A stretch of DNA of 63,082 nucleotides, filler included, from Reticulomyxa filosa (lineage: Eukaryota; Protista; Foraminifera): assembly GCA_000512085.1 (NCBI GenBank). It is 19 parts of 19 records of this genome, joined end to end, with 100 filler letters (N's around TTAATTAATTAA, not from the genome) between each part and the next. Parts side by side here need not be neighbours in the genome. Positions count along the whole stretch, not along the records: positions 37,475 to 42,753 come from ASPP01020128.1; positions 42,854 to 44,495 come from ASPP01024205.1; positions 44,596 to 51,595 come from ASPP01004788.1; positions 51,696 to 57,663 come from ASPP01029309.1; 15 more parts are not named here. One strand, written 5' to 3'. This document shows, one piece after another, positions 40,405 to 53,400 of this stretch; the stretch's first letter is position 1, and every line of letters begins with the position of its first letter. A program made the position numbers and the translations under genes. The notes under the pieces were generated by a model, which saw only the letters and a program-made list of their open reading frames with translations, had not been told where the DNA came from and did not search any database.

Positions 40405-42393
40405 ATGACAGCTGAATTGAATAAAAGATACGTACAGCCACTGTTGCCATCATTACTACCAAATTTAAATGATACAAACAAAATTAATCAAAACTGTGCA
40501 CAAGAACTCGGTCCTTCAAAGGAATCCGAGTATCTTACCAAGACACAAAAAAGGACACAAAATATAAAAACGCAAAAAGTGGAGCGCTGTCAAGTCAATC
40601 GAACAATTCGTAAAAAAAACAAACCACATTCCAAATCAGTAAAAACGCTCCGACGTGTTGAGTTTGTGCAATTTTTTTTTGTTGTTCTAGTCAATGAAAA
40701 TTCTTGTAAACCAATATTATCAATGGCAATTTTAACAATAGTCTTTTCATTTGGATTTGTCTCCAATGAACCTTGGTACCGGTGTAAAAAAAGGAGTTAC
40801 CAAAACAGAGAAAGATTCAAAACTTGACAAAGATACATCTTTACCTTCATTGTTATATCATTTTGACATAATGCCCGAGCAAATGCAATCAAATACAGCC
40901 TATCATATGTTCTGTTATTTATTTGTCAGAGAGACTCATGGCTCTGTTGTATTTGTCGGAGCGTATCAATAAAATAAAATAAAATAAAAAATAACAGAAG
41001 CCACAACGGTGTTTTTCAAAAAGATGGCTTTAAAATCTCTCCGAACGGTACCCTTATTCCACAAGACATGAATGATGGGAGCAAACTCGACAGATTTATG
41101 GCCATTCGAAAAACAGATTTTTTGCATCTGGCCATTATTGGCCGAGGGAGCAGTGGGGTCGTATACAAATGTTGGGATTTAAGAACACACGCATTTGTTG
41201 CACTTAAAGTAAACGATACGATAACAATTTTTTTTTTGTAGATGATTGTTCACTGCTTATTTTATTTTATTTATTTTTTTAATACTTATTGATTATATAC
41301 GATAGTATGTGTCGGTATTTGAACACCACAAGCGAGAGCAAGTAATGCAAGAACTCCGAACTTTATTACACTATAAAAACGTGCAAGTTATTTTACGTTG
41401 CACTGGTGCATACTTTGAAGAGGGAAAAATAGTGGTTGCAATGGATTATTTTGATCGTGGTTCTCTGCAATCAATGTTGTCTTTAAATAAGTGTCAAAAG
41501 AACAATACATTTGAAAGCGGACTACCTGTCAATGTTTTAAGTTACATTGCTTACAACATTTTAATGCAATTACGGCATTTTCATGACAATTGGCAATGTA
41601 TTCATCGTGATATTAAACCTGATAATGTTTTAGTTGACAGCAGTGGCAGAGTTTCACTGACGGATTTTGGCATTTCTTCACACACAAAAACATTTTGTGA
41701 AGAAGTTGTGGGCACAACGTCTTACATGTCACCAGAAAGATTAATGGCAAAACAATACACATTTAATTCTGACATATGGTCACTGGGAATAATGTTGATG
41801 ACGTGTTTTTTGGGCAAATATCCTTTAAAGCAAAACGAAGAACTAAATGAAGACAATGAAGGGCACTGGGGTGTCATGCATGCGTTTGTAATGAACTATG
41901 ATGCAAAACCTCCGGTGTCTTTCCTTTTTACAAAAATGCAAGCACAAAAAAGTCCTACACGCTCAGAAAATTTATTTTTGGACTTTGTGACCAAATGGTT
42001 TGTTTTGATCTTTGTATTTTTCTCTTTGTCTCCTTCAATAAAAAAAATAATGTTATATCACTTGAATGAACACTCAGCACTTCAAAAGATGCTTCTGTAC
42101 GCTCAAATGCTCGAGATTTGTTGTTACATCCATTCGTGAGTGAAGAAAACAGAATGTCACAAAAACAATTTGCTGCCTACTTAAAAGAGTACTATGAACC
42201 TACTTTTATTCAGAAAAACAAAGAAGATGCTTACTTGACTTTAAAATATTTGATTCCAAAACTGCAAAATAAAGAAATATCCAAAGAAAAATTCTACATA
42301 AACTTGAAGTTCTTGTGCAGATCGTTGAATGTTCCTAGTAAATTTATTCTCGAGAAATACCAAGAATTAATAAAAAATAATTACTACAACTAA
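40405..42393 (+). CDS. MAP kinase kinase (STE7 family)
   Basis: [40 protein letters not shown] and SDIWSLG. Introns 40909-40997, 41209-41305 and about 41999-42077; long basic N-terminal extension. Confidence 0.9.
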
Positions 42394-43099
42394 GAATAGC
42401 TTGCATAAGTTTGTGTTATTTATAAATTGTACACTTTTATAAGCATGGCACTTTATTTAATTTATTTGAACTCCAAAATTAATTTCTTCCATAACGTTTT
42501 GAAAATGTATAATAAAAAGTCGAGAAAGAGAATTTTTTCTAACGGCAAACTTATATGCCATTTATTTACTGCTTGTAGTAAATTAACCGAATGGCTTTTT
42601 AATTGTGAAAAAAATTTTGCTAACTTTCTTGTTCACAAGTTGTGGAAAAAACAATGAAATTTTTTGAAATGTGTTTGAAGTCAAGGCACTTGACATTGGC
42701 CGTTAACTGAGTTGTTAATGTTGAATCTATTATTACGTAGGTTTAAAAAGGAANNNNNNNNNNNNNNNNNNNNNNNNNNNNNNNNNNNNNNNNNNNNTTA
42801 ATTAATTAANNNNNNNNNNNNNNNNNNNNNNNNNNNNNNNNNNNNNNNNNNNNGGGCCTTTTCATTGATTTCCGGGCCTTTGTAGGCCTTTTCGTTATTT
42901 TCCGTCCTCCGTAGGCTTATCACGTGTTTTTGGCACCTAGTCCGAAAACTTTCGTTAATGAGATGCCGATCTATGATTGAAGGATGTATTTTGGCATTTT
43001 TGCCACTCCCTTTCGCTTCGGCGCTTGCCCCTGTTGGCTTTTTTAGTTAGCCAATGATGATGAAGGGATATTATTTTATTTTTTATTTTTTATTTATTG

Positions 43100-43330
43100 A
43101 TAATTCAAGACATACGATGCCACGATATTTCCTATATAACCTGATCATTTGAAAAGATTGTATTGCATTCATTGCTATTTGGTGTGAAGAAGAAGAAACT
43201 GTCGAGCATTTCCTGATGGACAAATTTCAAAAATTGCTTCCACATATCAACGTATTATCCCTCCCAATGAAACAATTCATTATTGGGGATCGATCGTGGA
43301 AACAAAGTTGTGAAGTTCGTCGATACCAAG
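43100..43330 (+). mobile_element. Non-LTR retrotransposon 3' fragment (zinc knuckle), deleted copy
   Basis: WCEEEETVEHFLM; inverted homologue of 43939-44185 with internal deletions. Confidence 0.7.
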
Positions 43331-43938
43331 AGAAAAATTTGAATTGTTGGTGTAAGATTTTTGTGTTTCTTTCTTTTGTTTTTGTTTCTTTTTTGAGTAC
43401 TTTGTTCTATTTCTTAGAACGGGGTGCTCTTTTAACTAGCTATCTAAAAAAAAATGTTTGGCAGAACTCTGAAGGTCAGGTAACTCTACTGAACCTCGAG
43501 CAAAACTGAAACCACTAGCTGATAATAAGACTTGTGAAGGCGATCCGGACAGCCAAGGCAAGGTACTTTTACACTAATCGGCTCTACTGCAAGCCATGTC
43601 GGAACAAAATACCCCACATGGAATTGGATCAAGAATCGAACCTAATGGTAAGGCAGACATGTTAACTATACTTCCGGACATGTCTGACACTAGTGAATTA
43701 TCAAATTGCATGGTGGCATTGGAAATGGAATTGGATATGGTATTGATATCCTGATACCAGAAACAAACAACGACAATCCAAAATGACGTCGACACAAATG
43801 ACTTTTTTTTTTATAGATGGGTTGCAGTGGGGGTGTGTCAAGCGTCGGCAACTTGCACTTCTTTTTGCCCTCTCTACATGCACAAGCTCAGGTCTTTCAA
43901 GTTAAAAGAGCACATCGTTCTAAGAAATAGAATACAGT

Positions 43939-44495
43939 AGGGACAATACGTTGATATCTGGAAGCAATGTCTGGCTATTTATCCACCAACTGCGACGTAC
44001 CGCAGACATTCCATCAGGAAATGTTCAACAGTCTCTTCTTCTTCACACCAAATACAATCAGGAGACTCTGATCTTTGGATGTTATACAAATAATCATTTA
44101 GTCCAACTTTGACAGTGATCAGCCGACAAATGATCCTTGCGTTTACTATAGATAGGAAATATCGGGCATCACATGTCTTGGATTATCCACTCTTTCACAT
44201 ATCAATGTCTGTTTGTGAAATAGGGATTCAATTCATGATTATTCAGGAATGCTGCTGATCTGTGTTGTGGGATCAAATCTGGTTGCAATTGCAACACTTT
44301 CCTGCGAGCATTATTTGCAACAAGATCCACTTTATCATTACCAGGAATCCCAGAATAATCTTTAATCCAATAGATCTCTGGTACGTTATCCTCATTAAAT
44401 GATTTTAATATCCATAATTGGCAATTTATAGATGTCAGAATCCCATTTGTTGAGTATTGCATTAATCTTTTTTTTAGATGGTGGCTTCAAAGCCA
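43939..44495 (-). mobile_element. Non-LTR retrotransposon remnant (RNase H end + CCHC zinc knuckle)
   Basis: WIKDYSGIPGNDKVDLVA (RNase H WxxxHxGxxGNExAD-like), then ICRLITVKVGLNDYLYNIQRSESPDCIWCEEEETVEHFLMEC; contains stops. Confidence 0.8.
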
Positions 44496-44696
44496 NNNNN
44501 NNNNNNNNNNNNNNNNNNNNNNNNNNNNNNNNNNNNNNNTTAATTAATTAANNNNNNNNNNNNNNNNNNNNNNNNNNNNNNNNNNNNNNNNNNNNTTTTT
44601 AAAAAAAAAAAAAAAAATTTTTTTTTTTTTTTTTTTTTAGTGCACACATACTTTATCTTTCAACACATATATCCAAAAAAAAAAAAAAACGGTAGG

Positions 44697-47600
44697 TATG
44701 AAGACCCCGACATGGGAAACGTTAATGATTTGTCACCCTCAGACATGATAGAATTCATGCAAGAGAAATGCCCAAACATTGCACAGACTTCTCATTTGCA
44801 TCAAACCACATTTTACAAATATCTATCCGATCAATTTATTCCTTTGGCACACTCTGTTTTTTTACGAAATGAGGACATTGAAAGCCAAGAGTGGCCTTTT
44901 CTCTTCAAATACGAAGTCACCAAGTCTGTTATTGCAATGGGCACAGATCTTTCCTGTCGATTGTATCAAGGAAGGAGGAGGACACACAGCCAAGCCTCTC
45001 TCAAAGAGAATAAAGAAGAGGACGAATTTTACTTGTGTAAGAAGTGGAAACAGTCCAAAGAATTCCTATATTTGGTCAATCGAGATGACTGTGGTTTGTT
45101 AAATGTATTGACATGTTTTCGATGAAAAATATAATGTGTATGTGTATATATATAATGTATTTTGCCTTGCTTTCTCTCTCTTGTGAAAAGGTACAATTTC
45201 AATGCTGATCAACGACACAAAGTCGGTAGATAAAAAATGTCTACAACGTTTGCACGATTTGCATTTTACAATCTTAAATTGGAACGAAGAGATGAAATCT
45301 CGAAACGACGCAATCGAATCCGAGTGGAAGGTCTACTCTTTTTTTTTTTTTTTTTTTTTTACGTAATAGCAAGAAACCATACGTATACGTGGGTACACAT
45401 ATAACATGTAATATAACAATAAAGAAACCAATCAAGAGGGAAAAGAAAGGTGATGAACAAAAGCAGGATACTGAAATAGAAGAAAAAGAAAAAAGAACAG
45501 AGTTATTGTTTCGCGTCATTGGCATGAAAGAAACACTAAAGGCAAAGATCAAAGTGGAGCTATGGGGAGAAAAATTCAAAACAAAAGAGCAAGTAATAAG
45601 CAAAGATATGAAGATTGGTGAGTTCCGACATTATGTATTAACTTATGAAAATATATTGAAAATGATTGCCATATATTTGAGGATACAGTCGAATACACCG
45701 ATAATTTTAATGGGAGAAACGGGCTGTGGAAAGACGTCATTGATCAAATGTCTGGCCAAAGTGGCCAATGTCCCCTTGACAGCCGTCGATGTGCACAGCG
45801 GATTTGGAAGACAAGATCTTCGGAACATTGTTAAAGCATGCGTGGATAAATGGGAGGATGACGAAAAAAAGAGTGAAAGAGAGCGAGAACAATGGATATT
45901 CTTGGACGAAATCAATACTTCTCCAGATATTGGCTGGTTGAATGAATTGGTGTGTAATCATACATTGGACGGAGCGAAAATACCTGAAGAAATTAAAATC
46001 ATTGCTGCGTGCAATCCATATCGACTACGAAAATGGGACATTAAAGATGAAGATGAACTTTTTGCAAGTGATGAATTAAGCAAATACGTATATCGTGTGT
46101 ATCCATTGTGTGAGACCATGAAGGAGTACGTATGGTTTTTTGGAAGATTGTCCGAAGTGGATGAGCAGCAATATATTGTAGAAATGACAAACCAAGTGAA
46201 AAATGAAATCCCTTTTGCATCTCACAAAGAGTTTGAAACACGCAAAGGTGAAATTTCTAAAAAAATTGCGATAGCTCAAAAGTTCTTACGCACACATTTG
46301 AAAGATAAAGTCATTGTCTCATTGCGAGATGTGTCAAAATGTTTGAAAATATTTGTATGGTTAATGAAGCATTATGAAAAATTGAATTGTGAAAATAATA
46401 ATCCTTGGATTTGTCGAAGTTTGAATATTGCCATTGGGTTATGTTATTACTTTCGATTAAATATTGAAAAAAGACTGCAATTAAGTCAAGAGCTATCCAC
46501 GAATGGTCTATTTGTCAAACTCTTGGAGCAAGAAGTACATAAGTTATGCAAATCGTTTATAATTCCTAGAGGAATTGCTCTGAATCAAGGATTAAAAGAA
46601 AATTTGTTCGTCTTATTTATGTGCATTATTACAACCACTCCAATTATTTTGGTGGGCAAACCAGGCACTTCAAAGACTCTATCTTTTCAAATTGTTCGTG
46701 ATAATCTTTCTCATCTCAAAACAGAGTTTGAAAAGAATTAAAGACGAATAACCTGCTCTTCGCGGTTAAACCGATACATACCATTGCATTCCAGTGCACT
46801 CGTGATAGTAAGCCACAAGGGATTAAAAATCGGTGGGATCAAGCAATGCGGCACAGTGAAAGTAATCAAGTCAAAGCCGTATTACTGCTTGACGAAATTG
46901 GGTTGGCCGAGCACTCAAAGCATTCTCCTCTAAAAATATTACATCAGCTCTTGGAAGATCCAAAAATATCTTTTGTTGGAATTTCCAATTGGCCTTTGGA
47001 TGCTGCTAAAATGAATCGAGTGATTATGCATCAAATCCTGCCAATGACGACAAAAGAGTTGAAAAATACTGCCTTGAAAATGATGGAACATCACCAAAAG
47101 AGTACGAAATCAGATGAAATTGATTTGCGAAACGATTGGATAGGGAATGAGATTGAAAACATTGCCAAAGTGTACGACGGATTGATCGAAATGGCAGGAA
47201 AATTTGAGCCGATGAACAAAAAACATTTTTTTGGAGCCCGTGACTTTTTTTCGTTGATACGATATCAACTTCGGAATGCCTCCTATAAAATTAGTTTGCA
47301 GGTTTTATGAGAAATTTTGGAGGTATTCCAAGAGACGATCAGATTAAAAATTTAAGTGGCATTTTTTGTGATGTATTGAAAATGAAGGAAGAAGAGGCTG
47401 TCAAAAAAATGAGCGAATTCACGCCAATGGAGTGCGTTAGAATGAATCTTTCAGATATTACAATAAGCTCTTCCAAGTCTCTTGTAGATAATTATAATGT
47501 CAGCCGTCATTGTATGGTTATCAGTGAATCAGAGTATTCTTGGCAATTGTTGTTGGAAAATGAAATTTTAAAATATGACGACGTGTTTTTATTTAAAAGC

Positions 47601-50600
47601 GGCTTTGCATATGATCAAAGTTCAAGCATTGCGGACTTTGAGCATTTAAACAAAGTCATTAGTTGTATGAGTGCTGGGAAAAAGGTCGTTTTATATAAGC
47701 TGGACTCCATTTATGAAAGCTTATATGATATGCTTAACCAAAGATATCAAAAAAAGCCATCTGGTAAAAATACTTCAAAAAAAAAAAAAAGAGAAAATAT
47801 GTGTTGCAGAGTAGCACTTGGGAGTGAGAGTAAAGATTGTTTTGTAAAAGAAGAATTCAAATGCATCGTAATTATAAACAAGGATACGGCATACTCACCT
47901 GAAATGCCAATTGCATTTTTAAGTCGTTTTGAGAAACAATTGATATCCTATCGCACTTCGTTACCCTGTGAAATGGAATCATGGATATCACCAATAAAAG
48001 ATATGCTTACTCAAATATTTTGCGTGCATCAAAAAAGACTGAAGAAATTGTTTTTTGGATTTAATGATGATACCGTACCTTCAGCGTTGTCTAATATTTC
48101 GATCCAAAAAAAAGAAGATCAAGAGTTGCCCGACACTAATGATCCATATAAAGAAAAAGAGCTAGTACTTGATGAGGTAACTGTAAATGAAGTCATAGAT
48201 TTATTCAAACCTTTATGCAATCCAGAGACCATTCTCGAGATTGCCATTGATCAAAAGGAAAAATTTGATTATAAAAAAGCTGGACAAAAAGAATTTCCTT
48301 CCTTTGAAAAAGTTATCGAGTCACAACGTGCAAAGTCAGGCCAACAAATGGTATTAATCCTCACGGGCGATCTTGAGTACAATTTATCGGATCGATGGAG
48401 CAAGATAACGCAAAAAAAATTGAGGCATTCAAAACATCACGTGACTTTGAGCTGGCTATCCATCACTTCTTTAGTCCGGACAATACATTTCAAAACGTAC
48501 AAATTTTGCAATACATGCATGACTCCAAAAATTTAGGCCATTTCACGCATATTAAACATACGCTGGAACATGCACATTATCGATATTATTGTCGCGACAA
48601 AGAAGAAAAAACAGAAGAAGAGGTAAAAGATGACCAAAAAAATGAAAACGAACAGAAATTAATTGTTTTGCTTGTTCATATGAAACAACCGATTTTCAAA
48701 GATCCATTTCCATTGATTTTCTCAAGAAAATGGAAATTGACATATGTTGATAGCTTAAGTTCGATAGAGTCAGTACAAGTGGAAACTCTGCTCTCACAAA
48801 CCATTTCAGATGTGCTTGAAAGAGGACTATCAAATAAGCAGTTGCGCAATGCGATTCAGCGAGCGTTTGCACGATTACATAACCCTGCTCAAAAAGATGG
48901 AGTAGGTAATATACAAAAACTACTCACTCTGTTCGAGGAATCGACTCATATGGAGGAATGTCGAAGAGAAATTGTTTCAAGATTGAAAGAATTGTTTAAA
49001 GAAAAAGGTATTGTGTCTGAACCAATCGCGTGTATTTTGAATAAAGAAGAAATCAAAAGTCCTTCCATGTTGTCATTGGGCTACTCTTTTTTTGAAAGAT
49101 ATGAAAATATTGTTGACAGATTATTAGTCATGGCTTGCATGAATATTTTGTCAGTGTTTTATGAAAATTGCTATTTCCAAGTTAATTTCTTTTTTTTTCC
49201 ACCCATGATTATACGTATACGAATATTTGTGTAACGTATACACAAAAAAAAAAAAAAAAAGATATTTTTCGACGCAGTTGAAAAAAATTTGCAACATTTG
49301 GCTACATTATTTATGGAGGTCGCGAAAGACATGTCAATGGTGACAATCCCTCGTTTAACTGGTGTGATTCAGAGATTAGTGACTATTGAACCGGATCTAC
49401 GTGCAGTTAGTATCCAATATAAAGCTATGTTCCCATGGAGCCACATATTGCACAACTGGTGCCACTCCAACTTGGTTAATATTGATACTCAAAACTGCCA
49501 AATCGAAAAGCCCAGCGCATGTGTTAACGAAGATGAAAACGAAAAGGAAAATGAAAATGAAAGTAAATATGGATACCAAGGTGCTAACAAAAATGAAACT
49601 AAGACTATATTATTAGATAATCATCGCAGGATAATTCAAAGTTCCAAATTGTTCGGAATAGTAATGGGCGGAAGAGGGAGTGTATCGAGACTTTTGAATA
49701 AATGTGATATTGAATGTTGTCGCATGTATTTGATGGATGTCATTACGGCCAAATACCACTTATACGATCACTGTAAAGTTGCCATTGTTACAGACGTTAT
49801 GTTTTGCATGATGTCAATGTATGATTGGAGTGTATCTATTGCAATGATTGAATCCATTTTATATTTTTTGCCTGATATTTTTGCAAAGTATGTAGATCTG
49901 TTAAAAGGCTGTCAAGAAAATGATGGTATCATTTCGGAATTGTACACGTTATTAAAAAATGAAAAAAAGAGTACAAGATTGAGTGACTCCATTTGCTTGC
50001 TGTTGAAACATTTTATTTCATTTTCACCTGGTTTGTCTTTGTATTTCTTACCTTTTTCCTTCTCGTAGAAATTTTCCAAGCGCTTTACTTGTTTTCCTTT
50101 GTATACGTTACATATATAATTTTTGCAGAGAATGATTGGTTTGACATAGCCAGAAATTTGGAGGCAGTAAAAAGTGTAGTTCCAACAATCCTGCAGTTTG
50201 CAAAAGACTGGTATGGAGATGGCGATGAATATAAATCAATAATCTCCATGTGTCGCCAAGCACATCTTCACATACTTGGAGCAAAACATTTTGAAAGGCA
50301 AATTGTTGATCGAGTGGAACTGAATAAGAGGTTATCCCACATCATCACATTATCGGAGAATGGATGGCTGAACGACAACACCACAATACCAAGCATTTTG
50401 AATTGTATGCTCGAAGGAGAGAATCTTGCGTTGGACAAACGTCCACATTTCATTCGAGATGTGTTAACAACAGTGAAACAAATTGAAACACTTGACACCT
50501 TAGAAAAACAAAACGTATATCGCTCGGTAATTACGGAGTTATTTCATAATGCGCAAGCCTTAACATCAGGTACAAGAAATGAAACGGATAAGATTCGTTT

Positions 50601-51557
50601 GCAAATCTTGGAAGAGTTGATCCAACATCAATGGAACGAAGCGACATTCGCATTGAACTCGCATGAGGCAGCCTTATTGAATCGCGTGTTGGAGCGCATG
50701 TATATACATACATCGCATCCTCAGAGCAATGGTCCAAACCAAGTTATTGTCAATATTTCAAACTTGAAAGTCAAATTGTTTCAATTTATCAATTCGATTT
50801 TGTCGATTACTGAAGGCTTACAATAACAGAGGCGAAGGACAGTCAAGAGTTACATGAGATAATGCAACAAGTATCCCAATTGTTGATGGCTCAAACAAAC
50901 AAATATCACCAGCGTAGTTTGCATATATGGTTCCTGAAGCAGTTTTATGTTGTCAAAGGCATGAATTGGATTAAAATGCTTTTTACTGATGAAACAATCC
51001 GTACAAAGTTTCCAATTTTTGTTGATCCACAAATGAGCGAGGTATTTTCCGTATTCAAATATCGGCCATCCGATCTCCCTCCTACAGATCCGTTCATTGG
51101 CATTTATGGAAATAAATACATCCTTTTTCGAAGCAAACTTTTGCAAGGAATTAAATCGGGGAATATAGATCCGCAATACAATGGAAGTAAAAATGATTTT
51201 ATTCCTTTATTAGCAGCGGCTCTATCTTTGCTCAATCTCCGTGGCTCCTTCTTCAATCCAAATGTTGAAAGTTACTGACTCTGAATTTTTCCATTTGCTT
51301 TTTTAAACAGTATACGTTGCAAAAATAACAACAAAAAAAAAAAAAAAAGAGATAAAAGATTACTTAATGCAATGCAATGCTTTAGAATCTGATATTGAAC
51401 AAAAATTTGTGAAGGTGTTATTAAGTGAGACAATCCCCCCAACTGCTATTAGTCTAAGAATGGCCCAGAACAGTGATGCATCCACTGCCTTCATCCCAAG
51501 ATTGTGTTTTCATTTTCTGGGTTCACTCCAACTCATGAATAGTTACACTCCATTTTT

Positions 51558-51560
<3 letters not shown>
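44697..51560 (+). CDS. RNF213: RNF213/mysterin-like giant AAA+ ATPase (E3 ligase family), internal part
   Basis: MGETGCGKT, FLDEINT, IAACNPYR, VYRVYPL, VSLRDV, ENLF, VGKPGTSKT, LLDEIGLAE..PLKILH, VGISNWPLDAAKMNR, FFGARDF, LYDMLNQRY and FLSRFEKQ. GT-AG introns 45094-45190, 45331-45424, 49181-49261 and 51271-51349; several homopolymer frameshifts. Confidence 0.92.
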
Positions 51561-51593
<33 letters not shown>

Positions 51594-51695
51594 TTNNNNN
51601 NNNNNNNNNNNNNNNNNNNNNNNNNNNNNNNNNNNNNNNTTAATTAATTAANNNNNNNNNNNNNNNNNNNNNNNNNNNNNNNNNNNNNNNNNNNN

Positions 51696-51879
51696 GGACA
51701 CTGGCCAGCAGCCCTTCTGTAGTCATCTCGTACAACTGTGGGGTGTCCACTTTTGGATGATGCAAAATTCCAGTCAGCGTCAGTAGTCCAACGACTAACG
51801 ACACAATGCCCATCGACATTATCCACTTCTCTGGCCTCGCGTTGAGCCACTTTAGACAAAACACTGTTAAAGAGGACAT
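51696..51879 (-). CDS. Membrane protein N-terminus, partial
   Basis: ATG at 51879, one hydrophobic helix, open to the contig end. Confidence 0.35.
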
Positions 51880-52659
51880 TCCTTAGTCAATGATTTATTC
51901 TCCCTTCTTACTTGTCAATGATAAAGATAGATAGATGCAACAAACTCTCGCATATATATATTAGCGTGAAAATATAAAAAGATTTTATTTGGTGCATCAA
52001 TAATGATTCCTTTTTCAAGCAAACCTTCCGTTTACAGTTTTTAAAGAGTTGTGTCAACATTAAGAAAGATTGCTCTTATACAGTTCTTTTTTTGTAATAA
52101 CCAAAAATATTCGTATTCCAAAATTTAAAATTCTTAAAAAAAAAAATTTAATAAATTCAAACTTGGATGTCAATTATATTTTGGAAAGATTATCCCATAA
52201 AGCAGTGTAAGATAGTAAATGATCCGAAATAGAAAAAGAGAATGTTAAAATTAAAAAGAAAGGTTGGAGTTATTATGACTCTGCTCTGACGCAATGAGAA
52301 GTATCACTACAGATAACATTTTATGGCTAAAAGTTGTATTGCATAATACATTTTTGGAAACTTAGAAATTTGAAATGATAATGCGTTAATAGTTATTACA
52401 CAAACTTTTTTGATTGATACATTCAATTGAGAAAAATATGCTGAAATCAAGTTTTTCAAATTTTGGACAAACAATTTTTGATATCGTAATTATGTACTTT
52501 ATATAATTGTACAAACTTAGTACAATCTAAATATTTACCAAATTTTAATGCTGCAATGCTTTGTCTTTGTTATGTAAATACTTTTTAATTTACTACAAAC
52601 GCCAGCGAGTTTTCACATTACAAGTACAACTTAAAAATCTAATTATACAACAACCCCCA

Positions 52660-53400
52660 ACTATCATACAATTTGTTCGGGATCATTTGATAAAATTATT
52701 CGTATATGGGATTGAGACAAAAAAAGTTTGATTATTTTAAAAGGAATAATTGCTGTAAAATATGGACCTTATGAATCAAATTATTGTAACAATACAATAT
52801 TATCTGAATTAAGTGATAAACTTATTCTTTTGTTAGATTTGCGATCAAAAAGACAAATTTGTGAGTTAGCGGACATACAATAATATATGATTTGTTGAAT
52901 ATAATCAAAGCTGATAAAGATATAATATGCACCAATTCAAGAGATAATATAATTTAATTTTGGGATATTCGAATAATAAAGAATTTACATATGCTTACAG
53001 TAGACATTAAAGATAAAGTGATAATCAGCGAATACTCAAGATCTTTGTATGTGGCAATCTATTTATTGACTAAAGCACAATTGCATCTGGCTAACTAGAA
53101 AAGACTATCTGATTATGATATGCTACAACATGCAAATAAATTAGTATTTTTTATGATTCTCACTATGCAATATATTGTATATCTTACAGTTTATATTGTA
53201 AAAATTTGATTCTGTTCATTTGATAACCTAACTAAAGTGTAAGATATATTTGATGGTAAAAAGACAACTGAATTGAAAGTACGTTCAAATTGGGTTTTTG
53301 TGTTGATTATTTAAACGATTGTTACAATATCGTATATGTGTCATATGACAAATTTATTTGAATATAGGATCTGAAAAAAGATTGGCAAATTAGAATGATT
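52660..53400 (+). pseudogene. Highly eroded WD40 relic
   Basis: TICSGSFDKIIRIWD at about 52668-52712 and further WD fragments amid many stops. Confidence 0.6.

Noticed and set aside
46730-50830. Programmed frameshifting or pseudogenisation of RNF213
   Set aside because: The breaks I examined (about 46732 and 48415) sit in short homopolymers and motifs stay intact on both sides; sequencing error is more likely.
27080-51595. RNF213, WD40 genes, MAP2K and retroelement as a physically clustered defence island
   Set aside because: They lie on different contigs, so adjacency is arbitrary. Only the two WD40 genes within 27080-30541 are truly linked.
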